Shown here: piece by piece, positions 24,049 to 38,100 of the stretch
Numbering within the stretch: the stretch's first letter is position 1
Layout: each line of letters opens with the position of its first letter
Source of the DNA: Eukaryota sp. GEM-RC1
Lineage: Eukaryota
DNA length: 64,000 nt
Assembly: GCA_040285855.1 (NCBI GenBank)
Contig: JAUFOQ010000004.1
Location: forward strand, 2,356,001-2,420,000
Direction: 5' to 3'
Position numbers and translations under genes: made by a program
Notes under the pieces: model-generated
Database searches by the model: none
What the model was told of the DNA's origin: nothing
The model's input: only the letters and a program-made list of their open reading frames with translations

Positions 24049-26457
24049 CTAACAAACCTGTTTTAGTTGATGAAATTTTACAATTAATTTCGTCATCCCC
24101 TTCTGGTCGTGCTGCTGGTCCTTCTGGTATGAGTTTTGATCATTTTAAAATTGCCGTTAATGCTGTTCCTGAAATTTGTGAAGATCTTGCTGTTTTCTTT
24201 AATGAAGTTTTATTAGGCACAAAGAAATTATCTCATGCTCTTTGCTCTTCTAGATTAGTGGCTTTAAGCAAACCAAATGGAGGTGTGAGACCAATTGCAG
24301 TGGGTGAAACAATTTCTCGTATTTTTTCAACTTTGTGCTTTAGGAGAGTCAGAGATTCCTCTGTTGAATTCTTTAGACCGTTTCAATTTGCAGTTGGAGT
24401 TCCTGATGGTACTACGTGTGCTGCTTTAACCTCTGATTTTCTTTTTTCATTCAAATGAGGAAAATGCCATTTTGAACATTGATTTTAAAAATGCATTTAA
24501 TTGTGTTTTAAGATCAACTATATCTGACGAACTTTCTAAATTTTTTCCTCAGTTGATTCCCTATTTTAATATTTTTTATGGTAAAGCGTCGAATTTAATT
24601 TATGACAAGTTTGATATTAAATCAACTAGAGGGGTTAAGCAAGGTGATCCTTTGGGTCCTTTTTTGTTTTGTCTCGCTCTGCAAAAATTATTTAAAATCT
24701 TACAATTAGAATTTCCAACTGTTAAAATTTGTGCTTATGCTGATGATTCTTCGCTGATCGCTCCAGTTGACGTTCTCAAAAAGTGTTTTTCACGTTTCAT
24801 CGAACTTTCTTTGAGTATTGGTTTAACAATCAATTTTGATAAGTGTTTTCTTGTTGTTAAGTCTTCGAATGTTTCTAATCTTGGTTTTTGTAATATTCCT
24901 ATCATCGATTATTCTACTCAATGTTTTCGTTTCCTTGGCACGTTTTTGGGAAATTATGAGAAAATTCATTCAGAATTGGAGAGTTCATTAACTACAATTG
25001 AAGAAAAACTAAATCAAATATTATCTTTAGATGTGAGCAAACATGTTTCCTTTGCTATGCTTCAGGTCTGTTTTTCCGGGAAAATTAATCATTTTTTACG
25101 TTCATTAGACTATTCCCTTACTGAAACATTTGCCAAGAAATTTAATTCTATTAGAACAAATTTTCTCTCTAACTTGGCTGAAATTGATGAGTCTAAGATT
25201 CCATTTCATGCTTTTTATTCTTCTGAATTCGCAGGAGTAGGTTTCACCCATGCAAAAATCATTAGAAAATCTGCTCTTTTAGGAGGTGTTAAGAATTTTA
25301 TGTTTGAATTTTTGAAACGGTTTCCCTTGGATGGAATCAATCTGTTGAATTCCAGTAATTGCCGTTGGATTCAATCTGCTAAAGATTTGTTATCATCTTT
25401 GTCTCCTGAAATGTGGGAATCTTTGTTCCCTGCTCATTTGAAGGAGACTCCTTTAAAAATATTTCATCTCTACCATCTGCTGTATGTAAGCTGCAAAATA
25501 AATTGACAAGGAGTTTGAACTCTTGGACTTTAATAATCGTATTAGCTTGGCTAAAACTAATAGTCCCGAGTTCGCTGCTTTTTTAATCGATCTTTGTAAT
25601 AGTGGACCTTCTGGATTTATTTCTCAAATTCCAAAGGTGTATGGATTACATCTATCTGATGAAGCTTGGATGATCAATATGCGTCTTCGTTTGGCTATTT
25701 GGCCTGCAAATTTATTAAACTATTCAACGTGCTCTTGTGGAGCTAATGGTGTTTTTCGTCATTTAATTAATTGTCGTTATTTTATTCATCTCCGTGCAGT
25801 AATTCATGATGGTGTACGTGATTCTTGTTATTCCATGTTTAAAGCACATGGTTTTCACTCTAAAGTTGAACCAGTTTTGAATCATCTTTCAGAAAATGAA
25901 TTTACTGATCAAAAACGAGGGGATCTACATACTCCGTGGCTTAAATCGAGTCAAGCATTAATGGATTTTACTACAGTAGATGTATGTAACAAATCTTGTG
26001 TTAGTAGGATATTAGATTCTTCTTTTAATCCATTAACAGCAGCTGAAAAGCTCAAACACACCAAGTATGACTCTCAAGTAGAAGAATTAAATAGAAACTC
26101 ATATTCCAAATTTGTGTTTCAACCTTTTGCTGTTTCTCTTTTGGATCTATTAGTCCTGCTGGTGATCAATTTTTCAAGGATTTCGAAGAATTGTGTAAAG
26201 AAAAGAAGCGTAAGTTTAGAATGGCTGAATGGAAAAACCGTATAGTGTTTTCCATATATCGGAATATGCCTTTCTATTTCTCTAGATTAATTGAGAAATT
26301 GTACAAGTTTGGTGTGAAGGTTCATGTAGATAAACGTAATCTTTTACCGGGTGGTGATGAAGTCGTTTGGATTTAATCTTAGTATTATTTGTTTGTTTTT
26401 ACAATTTCATAGTTTGTAGAAAGGTTACCTTATTGGGTGCCGAATAAACATCTCTCT
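24049..26457 (+). mobile_element. Family B CRE-like RLE retrotransposon, 5'-truncated, with 10-bp TSD, inserted in the 3' tail of a family A copy
   Basis: RT motifs RPIAVGE, DFKNAFN, GVKQGDPLGP, YADD, FLGTFLG; zinc knuckle CSCG..HLINC; HDGVRD; RGD..DFTTVD..KHTKY endonuclease. Ends AATAAACATCTCTCT. TSD TATTTATGGA at 24039-24048 and 26458-26467. Confidence 0.93.
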
Positions 26458-29400
26458 TATTTATGGAACAAAAACACTAAAATAAACACAAGTACTAGAA
26501 CTCAATAACATTAAAGCAACAATCATCGCCATTAAAACTCACATCAGCTTTTTCTTCATAAAAAACACTGAGAGCTAATAGAGCTTTTGAAATCATGATG
26601 GGAATTGTTTTAAATATTGTAAAAACAATACGATTCAACCAAAATTTGAAATCAAATTTCTCGTTCATTCTTTTTTTAACCACTTTCTCAAAATCGGAGA
26701 GAAAACAAAGAGCATCTCTACCAAGTCGACCATAAATTGAAATTGCAAAAGGACATAATTTGTACTCAACATGTCTAATATGTTTGAGAGCAGTCAATGG
26801 TTCATCATATTTGTTTCTCTTGTATTGTTCTGAAGAATTCAGTGGAGAAACTTCATTTTTAGCATCCTTGAAGGCACTTTTTTGCAAACATCCACAGTAA
26901 TCACATCAACAACGGTTAGTTCATCGTTGACTGATGGAACTATCACATCAGCTCTTCTTTTACCAAAAGTCTTATCAGAATCACTGTTTTTTGAATTATT
27001 GATTTCCAGTGACCTCAACAGTGGCTCAACGAAAGATTCGATTTTGTAGGACTTACACATGGCATGAATTTGATCTCTAACAGCATCATGAATACAAGTT
27101 CTATAAGTAATGAAACGATTACAACAAAAGGTGAGAAAAAGTAACTAATTTACCACATTTGCATTGAAGATCATTGGGTAAATTAGAGGGCCACAAGAAA
27201 CATCGAAGTCTGAATGTTGTAGTCCATTGATGATCATTCAATAACAAACCATAAATCTGAGGAATTTGGTTAATCAAAGCAACTGAAGAACTGTCCTTCA
27301 AATCGATTAAAAAATTGCGAAAGCTGGATTTTTTTCTTTGGCCGAGCCAAGTCGAATTTTAAAATCCAGACATTCAAAATGTTTTAAAAGGTGTTTTTGG
27401 AGTTTCTTAAGAGCAAATTTTAACGAGGTGACACATCGTTCTGGTATTTCACAAATATCTGCTGGAAAACAAGTTTGCCAGAGGTCAGGTGAAATTAGCG
27501 ACAATTCTGATCTCAAATTTACCAAGAAAAAACTAGTTGTCGAAACAAGAAGATTTTCTTGACCTGGGTACCGTCTACAGAACTCAAAGACAAAATTCTT
27601 ACCACCACCAATGAAAGCAGATTTGGTCCACCATTTAGACGAAGTGAAACCAATACCACCAAGATGAGGATCTGAGAAGATGTGATTGTTCAAAGCAGCA
27701 GGATCCACTGATAACAAAAATGCAAGAAAGTCAGTACGAATTTTGTTAAAGCTTCTACAGAAGTTATAGGTAAGTACAGGGGGGAGAGAGCGAAGCAGAT
27801 GAGTAACTTTTCCTGAATAACAAATTTTTAGCATAAAGAATTTGAGATGTTTTTCCAGTTGCAATTCCTTAATTTGATCTAATTCTTTTCGCATCGAATC
27901 CAAATATACATTCAGATCTTTAACAATGTTGTCATGTGAACCAAGATAACAACCTAGAAATCTAAAGCTTGAAGATAAATAGTTCACAAAGGGAACCTCT
28001 AAAGAATTAACAATTAAAGTTACAGGTACCTTGGCAATCAAAAACATTTTTGCACATTTAATTGAAGTCCAATTGCATTGTACAAATCAGCAGCCTGATT
28101 CGCAATAATACGAAGAGTTGACATAGGAGCAATAAAAGAAATGTCATCCATATAAGCTACGATTTCTAAGTCTGCATGTTCTTCTTTGAGTTTTTTCAGG
28201 ATTGGATGAATAGCCAAACAAAAAAGAAGGGACCAAGAGGATCTCCTTGTTTAACACCAGAAACAGAATTAAGAACAAATGAATTAAAAATTAAGTCAGA
28301 AGAGTGACCATAAAAACAATGAAAAAGGTATTTAATTCTGGAAAACTCTTTTCCAATTCAGAACAAATGGCAGATCGTTTAACAGAATTAAAAGCATTCT
28401 TAAAATCCAAATTGAAAATGCAATTATTTTCAACCGCATTGAAGAAAACATCAGAAGAAAGGGCAGCTACAGAAGCTCCATCAATGGTTTTAATACCATA
28501 TTGATAAGGTGAAAAGAAATCCTTGGCTTTGTTCGAAATTCTTCCAAAGACAACAGAAGCAAACAAACGGTAAATAGCTTCACCGACAGCAATAGGACGG
28601 ATTTTCTTGTTAGGCTTAATCAGTGCAACCAAACGAGAAGCAGACAACTCTTTAGGAGGAACAACCTTCGATAACAAAACATTGTTGAAAAAGAGACATA
28701 AATCTTCAACAATAAGTGAATTTTGACGTGAAACAGATTTGAGCATATCAAAAGTAATACCTGAAGGTCCAGGAGCTTTTCCTGAAGGGAGTTTTAAAAT
28801 ACAACTCATCAACTCATCCACTCTAATGGGGTTTTCTTTCCAATACAAAGAAGGCATCGGCTTGACAGGACAAAAATTTTCCAATGGATGAAGAGCCTGA
28901 AGTTGAGAAACAGTGTCCTCAGAAACAGGAGCAAGATCTGATGAAAACAAGGCATTCTTAGCTGAACCATACCTACCTCGAAGAAGTTGTTGACGTACAA
29001 CTTTTTCCTTTGGTAATTTCTTTGGAGCAAACACTTTCTTAGGGCGAGTGCAGGATTGAGATTGTTTCTCAAGAAAAAACTTCCAGATGTGAAGAACATC
29101 CCAAGAACCTAGTGAAAGCACTAGAGTAAAAGACCGAAAAGCAATAGAAAAAGGAATGGAACCTTTGGGGCTGAGTTGATTTGGAATTTTCACAGGAGGT
29201 CGAAGAGTATCAACAGAGAGACAATCTCCACAAATCAAATAATTGTTTTTAATTAGGCAAGACGCCGAAACAGTTTTGCAAAAATTACATTCATTGGACT
29301 GACCAAATTTTGTAAAAGAATTGTCAGAAAGAGGCTGGACGTTGTCTTCTGCCGTAACCTCGGAAGTGACAGCCAGATGGTCAACAACATTTGAGACTTC

Positions 29401-29651
29401 TGCAATGGCAGCCGATAGGGAATCAGGAATTTTAGGCAAATCAAAATTTGGACAAACTTTCTGATTTTTTCGGTGACCTAATTGACCACAAGAAGAACAG
29501 TTAGGTAGAGCTCTTTTTCGAATTTGCTGAGAAGCAGGGATCGGAACTTCAGGAGAAGATTTGATGGAAGTAGAAGCAGCGTTAGACTCAGAGAAGACAT
29601 CAGAAAAGAAGAAGCTAAAACCTGTTGATCAAGAGTGTTCTTTAGCAACAT
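26458..29651 (-). mobile_element. Family A CRE-like RLE retrotransposon, apparently full ORF (~26495-29651, ~1050 aa once homopolymer frameshifts are corrected)
   Basis: N-terminal CCHC knuckle; RT (RPIAVGE, LDFKNAFN, GVKQGDPLGP, YMDD); CKCG..H..C knuckle; HDAVRD; RRAD..DVITVD..KRNKY endonuclease. The start ATG at 29651 is inferred assuming one missing T in a homopolymer. Confidence 0.92.
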
Positions 29652-31028
29652 TTACGAACAATGTAAATCGATACAAAACCGTAAACTTTTACCGTAGTAT
29701 AACCGTGGAAAAGGCCTGAACGTCATTTGGTTTAAAGACCATTTATCAAGACACAAACGGCAACTATTTGTCCTGAAAGTTGAAATACATTTTCTGTATG
29801 TGATCTACAGTAACAGTTGTTGAATGAGATTGGACAATGAGATGAAGGTGATGATGGTTGAGAGGATATGCGAAGCACTCTTTAAGCTGAGTCTTTTGAA
29901 ATTGGTATTTCTAGATCTTTTTGTGTAATTGATACCTTTCAAATAATTTCCGAAAGGTCACGCGATTGTTTGATGGATTAATTAATTGGAAGATTGTTCT
30001 GTTCTATCAAGGAGATGTGGTAATAATAAAACTTCCTTGATTTTCATATATGTTCATAAACTTTTTTTTGGTAAACACAAGTATACAATGTTGTAAGAGA
30101 CCAAATACATGTTATGTGTAAGTCTCACAAAATTGAATCATTTGTTGAACCTAGGTATTTTACTAGCCTAACCCTTGTGGCTAGTATTAGGGAAGCGCTA
30201 GTATTGGGTTAATTAGAGTATTTTAAAGATAACTGATTGAACTTAGTGAGTATCGATTCCAATTTTAGTGATCTTGTCATGATTAATATTAAATTATACA
30301 AAACAAAAGATTTAAAGGACCCTAATACAAGCAAAGTTCCAATACAAGCATAGTAAAGGGTATGCTTGTATAGTTTTTACGGTTACTTGTATTGGTATCC
30401 CCACGATATACTATTTTTAAAGTTTTTAGATCTTTACCCCTTTTACCATATTTTACATTGATGTACGGATTTGTGTCTGATCATTTGTTTTCATTCTAAA
30501 GTGATTTCCTTAATAATAGGAGTTAAACAAGGGGATCCTCTAGGACCCTTTTTCTTTTGTTTGGCTCTTCAATCCATTTTAGTTAAGTTTAATGATAGAT
30601 TTCCTGATACTCATATGTGTGCTTACGCTGATGATTCTTCTCTTAATGGGCCCTTAACTTCTCTTAAGGATGGTTTAAAACACTTTGTAAGTTTATCTCA
30701 ATCAATTGATTTTGAAATCGAAATCAAACTATCTAAATGTTTTCTTATTGGTAAGCGGTTTGAGGAACTTAAGTATGGTGAGCAATCAATCCGGTTTGTG
30801 GATTACAACATTGAAGCAGTCCGTTTTTTGGGTTCCTATATTGGCAATTCTTTGCAGATTGAGAGTGTGCTCAAGAATTATCTAAACAAAATCACAGTTC
30901 AATTGCAGGAGATACAAGATGTCAAAAGGATAACCACTTGGCATTTTCAGTACTTTCGGTCTGTTTTGGATCGAAAATCAATCATCTGCTCTGCTCGTGA
31001 GTTCAACTTTTGAGAACTCAATTTTTTT

Positions 31029-31481
31029 AGAGATATTTATGGAACAAAAACACTAAAATAAACACAAGTACTAGAACTCAATAACATTAAAGCAACAATC
31101 ATCGCCATTAAAACTCACATCAGCTTTTTCTTCATAAAAAACACTGAGAGCTAATAGAGCTTTTGAAATCATGATGGGAATTGTTTTAAATATTGTAAAA
31201 ACAATACGATTCAACCAAAATTTGAAATGGAATTTTCTTGTTCATTCTTTTTTTGACCACTTTCTCAAAATCAGAGAGAAAACAAAGAGCATCTCTACCA
31301 AGTCGACCATAAATTGAAATTGCAAAAGGACAAAATTTGTACTCAACGTGTCTAATATGTTTGAGAGCAGTCAATGGTTCATCATATTTGTTTCTCTTGT
31401 ATTGTTCTGAAGAATTCAGTGGAGAAACTTCATTTTTAGCATCCTTGAATGCACTTTTTTTGCAAACATCCACAGAAATCA
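31029..31481 (-). mobile_element. Family A 3' fragment, recombinant between the array-type copy and the 14.5-15.0 kb resident copy
   Basis: Array-type variants up to 31084 (tatggaac, ataaacacaagtac, aataacatt); resident-type variants from 31229 (aaatggaattttctt, ggacaaaatt, caacgtgtc, tgaatgcac). Confidence 0.85.
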
Positions 31482-32136
31482 GTTAAGGAATCAGTTAAGG
31501 AATTAAAAGAATAGGATGATAATCATAATGATTTAGTAATTGTAACGTTATCACGATTGTTAGACTACTTGACCGTTTTCTTCCTCTTTTTATCCTTTTC
31601 CTATATATAAAGCAAAACTATATATTCAAGTACCTTAACCACGAGCTAGACAAGGAAGGAACTAGAAGGAACTCAAACGTTAGTGGTTGATGAAGCTGAT
31701 GCGATCCTGACTGATCGATGCACTTTTGTTTCCAGTTACTAGTGCTATCAAAGTATTCTGTAGGAAAAGCATCCCCACAAATGCAAGCAATCACAAAGAA
31801 CAAAGTCGACAATTGTCTTCAAATTGTTTTGGGCGAATGATGATGTCAGTTCATGTAAGCAAGCGTCTCACCACACAAACACATTATGAGACATTTTACT
31901 ACGGACTTAACAAAGGATTTTTCGAAATCAACCGCTCACAATGAGTCCGTGCACAACCAGTCCTTACACATTCTGTTGAGCTCTGTGAAAAAGAAAATCT
32001 GGAGTGATCAACTAGAAGGTGCTTTCAAAACACTGAGCTCAAACGCCACTAAGAACTATTATAAAACAAAGGTAAGGGAGTGGGAAGAAACACTGACTAT
32101 CAAGGCCATAATCTCCAATGTTGTTTCCTCAATCAC

Positions 32137-35100
32137 ATGGTCATTGGTATTCTTCTTCTGTGTTGTGTGCTAGGATCCATACATCAGTGGATTGCTTCAA
32201 CTGATGGACTTTGGTTTGATGATAACAACTGGGATCCTTATGGTGCTCCATCCACACATTCCTCTGTCCTCATCTCTCCTCAATCCTTCCCCTTAACCGT
32301 TACAATACGCTCAAATGTAGTCATATCATCTTTTACGCTGTCACCGAACGTTATCATCCTCTTCGAATACAACTCTACTTTAACTATCTCTGATAGTCTG
32401 ATTCTCCACGGAGGTACCCTTTCCACACACTCTTCTTCTCCTTCTTCTTCTACTTCAGTGCATTCTCTTATATTGGATACGTCTCAAGCTACTCTTTTGT
32501 CACACAAACTCATTGTTACTAAAATCTTTGACTGGAAACGTGGTTCAATAGAACTAGATGGTTCTAGTGAACTTATTTTCTCCAATACAACGTCAACCTC
32601 TTTCAATGATAATGAATTCCTACACAGCTCTGATGTTGTCCATCTTTGGGGACTTAATTCTGGAGGTAAGCTTGGAAAGGCACGCCTTCCACTTCGTTCT
32701 CTTCTCCTGATCCGTCTACTCTTCCTTTTCAATTAGACAGGCTTCTCTTGGGAGGTTTCATTCACTTATTCTTTCGACAGGTGGTGACGTTTACACTTCT
32801 GGTTTCAATAATTATGGTCAACTAGGATATGATGGTTCAAGCCGCAGCTCTCACGGGAAAATTCAAATATCTAATATTATTCAGATTGTCGCTTCCAGAC
32901 GCTCAAGCTATGCCCTAACTGCTACTGGTCACGTGTTCTCTTGGGGAGATAATGGCAATGGCCAATTGGGTTTAGGAGATTTACGTGACAGAAAGAAACC
33001 CAATCTAATTCCAAATTTAACTAATATCAAACAAATTGCTGGTCGTCGTGCTTCAGTCTTTGCTTTAACTGGAGAAGGTAGAGTTTTTGGGTGGGGAAAT
33101 GGTGCTTATAATATTTTCTGCAGTCAAAGCACTGAAAACATTCTTTCACCAACTGAAATTAAATCTTTACAGAATATCAAATTTGCCGCTGCTAGTAGAG
33201 CTGCTTTCTTCATCAAAAAGGACGGTTCTACTCTTACCTGTGGTCAGGATTTGGGTGAATCAGAGTCAACCTTTTCAACTCCCACTTGTTTTACTAGCGA
33301 TATTCAGTTTACATTTATTGACGTCACTCTTAATCATGCTCTTGGAATAGATATCAATCATGTACTTTGGAGTTGGGGGTCAAATGAATTTGGAAGGTTA
33401 GGAACTGGTGATACCACTGATTCTGTCGTTCCAGTCAAAGTAACAGAAATTGGAAAAGTTGTTACTGCGGCTGCAGGATGGTACCACTCCATTGCTGTTG
33501 ACGTCATCAATGACGTGTGGTCTTGGGGTCGCAATTATGATGGTGCTCTTGGGAGAGTTACGTTCTTTACCTATCAACGTCATACTCCTGACCGTGTAAC
33601 AGGTAAAATTGAGCAAGAATTGACTGGCACCAGTGCCTCTTCTGATTCAAATTTTGTCTTTAGTTCCGTTCCAATTGATACAATCACGTCATCAAACGAT
33701 GGTGTCATGACAGTCAATGGAACCAATTCCATTGTAGGTTTCAATGATAATGATGATCCTTTTTTCAATCTCTTTTCTCTTCCAGTTGTTATTTCCGGAT
33801 CTTTGGATTTGATCAATGGTGCTTTTATCTTTCTATCTGAAACACATTTGAATGGGATTATGTCTGTTAATTCTGAAAAGGAAACTTATCTTTATTCTCT
33901 CACATTTGGAGCTTCTGAATGTTCGACTTTAATTTTAAAGTCTAATGTTTTAGTTGAAAATCTATATTATTACTGTGGAGCTATTGAAGGAATTGAAATG
34001 CTAACTGTAAACACGTTGGTGTTTTGTGACTCTAATCCTAAACCCTTTTTAATGGAATAACTATTGGTAAAATGATCAAATCTGAGTTTAGTGTTGAATT
34101 TTATTTAGATTCGGACTTTATGTTCTCAATTGTTGGAGTAATTGACATACCCCGGATCTCTTTCCACTCCGATTTGGATGTCAGTTTATCCATTTCTGGA
34201 GATTTCAAATTGGTTAATACTGTATTTGACATCAATTTAAGTTCTAGTTTGAAAGGAAACATCGACGTCGACAAAAATTCAAAAATTCTAATTAATTCAT
34301 CTTCATCTACTGTTCTATCTGATATTTCACTGTTTCTTTATTACGATTGGTCACGTAGTTTTTCGACTATTGACCTCTCTGGTAACAATAACGATGTTTT
34401 ATCAAATCCTGGTGCTAATTGGAATCCTGATGGTTATTACGAATTTCAAAGTTCTACTGACACTCTAAATATTCCAGGTAATTTTGGTTGGCATTCTGCC
34501 ACCATTTCTATTTCGATATGGATAGATGCCATTTCCAACAATGGATTTGGACTTGACACTTGTGGATGTAGTTTCTTAATGGGTGATTTATTAGCCTATG
34601 GTTGCAGTGACACGTCATCAATCGCTGTTCCAAGAGATCAATGGATTAGCTTGATTATGACTTCTTCTGAAGATCATGCAAAATTCTATATTAATGGCAA
34701 ATTGGTGAAAACAATTTATTCATCTTATAATTGTGAAAATCTCCCAGAGATCTTTCCACTAGGAAATGGTAACTCTCATCTTTTTAGAGGAAGAATTAGA
34801 AAAGTCTTTATTCTTACTCGGACACTTTCTGAAAAAGAGATCACCACAGGGTTTGCTTTACCTCCCTCAATTACAGGTTTAGGTTCTATAGAATTGAAGG
34901 ACTCAGAATTGACCTTGTTGGATTATTCATCAATAAGTTTCTCAAACTTGATATTGGATTCATCAGTTTTATACCTACAGTCTTATATATATATTTAATC
35001 AACGAATTTCTGCCTTTAATGATTCCCACATCATTGTGGAAGAATCTTCTGATAATATTTTCTTTGACCATTCTCACGTTTACCTAGATCAATCTAATAT

Positions 35101-38100
35101 TACCTATTCATCCTCTGAGTTTTACCTATTTAATTTAACCCTGGTAAATACTGTCTTTGAAGTACCTTTGGGGAGTTCTTTGTCAATTCATGCGTTGTTT
35201 CTTGATTACAACTCTGAAGTTGTTAGTTCAACTGTTTTAAGTTTAACTCAGCTACATTGGATCCATGGTCAGTTGAATTTTGCTAATGTACTGGACTTTA
35301 AAGGTTTATATTTGTACGGTGAATCCAAAATTTGGCCTTTGGACTCTCTGATAATTGAAAATGAATTGTTTTTTAATAATTCTTTAACTTTTTCAATTAA
35401 TCATCTCAGTTTGATTACCGTTTCTACTACTTGCTTTTCTGGTTCAGAACTTTCTCTTGATTCACCATCTATTGATGACAACTTACTTGAAATTAAGAAA
35501 AGTCTTCTAATTACTTCTAATTGTTCTCTAACCGCATTGTTACCAGTACAAAGTTCTGGAGGAATTACTATAGCAAATGACTCGACAATGAGTATTCACA
35601 ATGACTTTACCACAAGTGGAAGCATTCTGCTTCTTTCTGGAGAGCTTCTACTACACAATACTACTATAAGATTTCAAGATGGATTTTACACACATCCAAA
35701 TTTGTATTTATACTGCCACTGGTTTGATTCTCTGAATAAAGTTGATCACACCGGTACCCATCAGTCATGGGCAATCACAATCGTCAATTCTGAGTGGAAA
35801 CGTGATGAATTGGGAGGTTATCTCGAGTACAAGGCGTGGGAAACCTTTCATATCCCAAATCTTCTCGGAGAATTTGGTTGGAGGGAAGCCTCTATTGCTC
35901 TTTGGATTTGGTTAGAAGAGTCAGCTGGCATGGGCTTTGGATTTGATCAAAGTCCTTGTAGGTTTTACATTGAGTCAGGCGCAGTGCATTGGGGAGATTC
36001 TTCAACTACAGTTACTTTCCCCTTTCACAAATGGTTTCATTTGGTGATTACCTTTGATCAAACAACTGCACGTATCTATATTGATGGAGTTTTAGAAGCT
36101 TGGTTCTCTCCCAATGTTCCCTACCAATGTTCTACTGATCCTCCAGTGTTTTCTCTTTCTGAAGTTGGCTCAAACCATCGGTTTCGTGGAAACATACGAT
36201 CAGGTCAGATATATACGAAAACTTTACATATTACTGAAATTAACTTGTTGTTTTTAAATTTTCCTGGTGTTTGGGGATATGGAAAACTCTCTTTAGTTGA
36301 TGAGGAATTTCAGTACAATCCTGAGAAATTTGGAATCCGGTCATTTTCTTTATTATCATCAATTATTAATGTAGATTTTTCTGACCTCAATCTAGTTAAT
36401 GTACTAGAACTTGAGTTCAGTCAATTTAGTCTAACTGGAACTGATTCATCAGCTATACTTTTAATTGATTCTATTTATTTAAAGAATAATGCTACCATTA
36501 CCACACCAACCTCACTGGAAGTAAATAATCTTCATTGGTTTGATGGTGATTTGGTTTCCCCAGATATTCTTTCGTTAAAAGGCCTGTATCTCTATGGAGA
36601 ATCCAAAATTTGGCCTTTGGACGATCTTGAACTTGAAAGTGAATTGTTTTTTAATAATTCATTAACTTTTTCAATTAATCATCTCAGTTTGATTACCGTT
36701 TCTACTATTTGTTTTCCTGGTTCAGAACTTTTTCTTGATTCACCATCTATTGATGACAACTTACTTGAAGTCAAGGCGGAACTTCATTTGTCTCAACAGT
36801 GTTCCTTCGTGTCTTTATTACCACTCCAAAGTACTGGTCTCATCACCGTTGCCAATGACTCAGTATTAGCCTTACTGGAGGAAGTTGTCTCATTTGATGT
36901 ATTCTTTATTTCTTATTCTGGCGAATTGATCCTGAAAAATGTAGACGTCACTGTTTTAAGTTCACATCCAGATTTATTTGTATACTATAATTGGTATATG
37001 TCATCCAATCAAATTGATTTGACAGGTCGACATGATCTCAATGCAATCACAATCAAAGGACCTGAATGGAAACGTGATGAATCGGGAGGTTATTTGGATG
37101 TCCAGACTATTGATACCCTTCATATTCCAAACCTTATGGGAGAATATGGATGGAGACCCGCTACTTTCTCTATTTGGTTCTATCTTGAATCAGGAGGAAT
37201 GGGATTTGGGTGGGATCAGTGCCCTTGTCAATTTCATTTTCGCACAACAGTGGTCGCTTGGGGTTGTTCTTGGCCTAATAGAGCTCTGCCACGTGATGAT
37301 TGGATTCATTTAGTAATCACAATGGATCAGAACTCTCACCGTATCTATATTGATGGAGCTCACATGATTGGGTGGGATTATTTCACAAATGATCCCTATC
37401 AGTGTTCCAATGATCCTGTATCTTTCTTTTCACTTTCAGGAATCTCTGGAACAACTCAACCTTTTAAAGGAAAAATCCGTGCAGTGCAGATTTTTACCAA
37501 GACATTAACAGAAACTGAAATTGGTGAATTAGATTATACTCGTGTTGTTGGAATTTTTGGTGAAGGTAAACTTTCTCTAATTAATTCAGAACTTAGGTTG
37601 AAGTCATCTCGATTTCGCTTGAGATCGATTTCTCTAACTTCATCAGTTCTTGAATCAAATGACGTTACTTTCGATGAATTACAATCACTACAACTCTACA
37701 ACGACTCGTTAGTGAGCTTTACTGAGAACACTATGATACTTTCTGAGCAAATTTCTATTATTTTGAATTCAAGTGAGCTGTATTATGATGGTTCATTAGA
37801 AGTTTCGTTACCATCACTTAATCTGATTGCAATCAACAGTCGTTTTCAAAGTGATGTTGGTTTCTCTGAAATTCTAGTTTTAGATTTATCATTTTCAACC
37901 TTTGAATCGTCGACTCAAGAACAAGAAGTAATTGTGGGATTTTTTTCGTGCTCTCAGTGTCAACTTATTGGAAACTCACAATTTGAAATTATTGAATTGT
38001 GCAAAATTAATTCTGGAAATTTCTCATCTTCTTTAGTTGTTCAACCATCAGTTGTTAATTCTTCAGTCTCTGGAGAAGTTCAATTATCTGATTCTTTTGA

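Noticed and set aside
31029..31481. 5'-truncated A at the start of the first array as evidence for rolling-circle reverse transcription
   Set aside because: Diagnostic variants show it is a recombinant with the independent TSD-flanked insertion at 14.5-15.0 kb, so its truncation predates the array.
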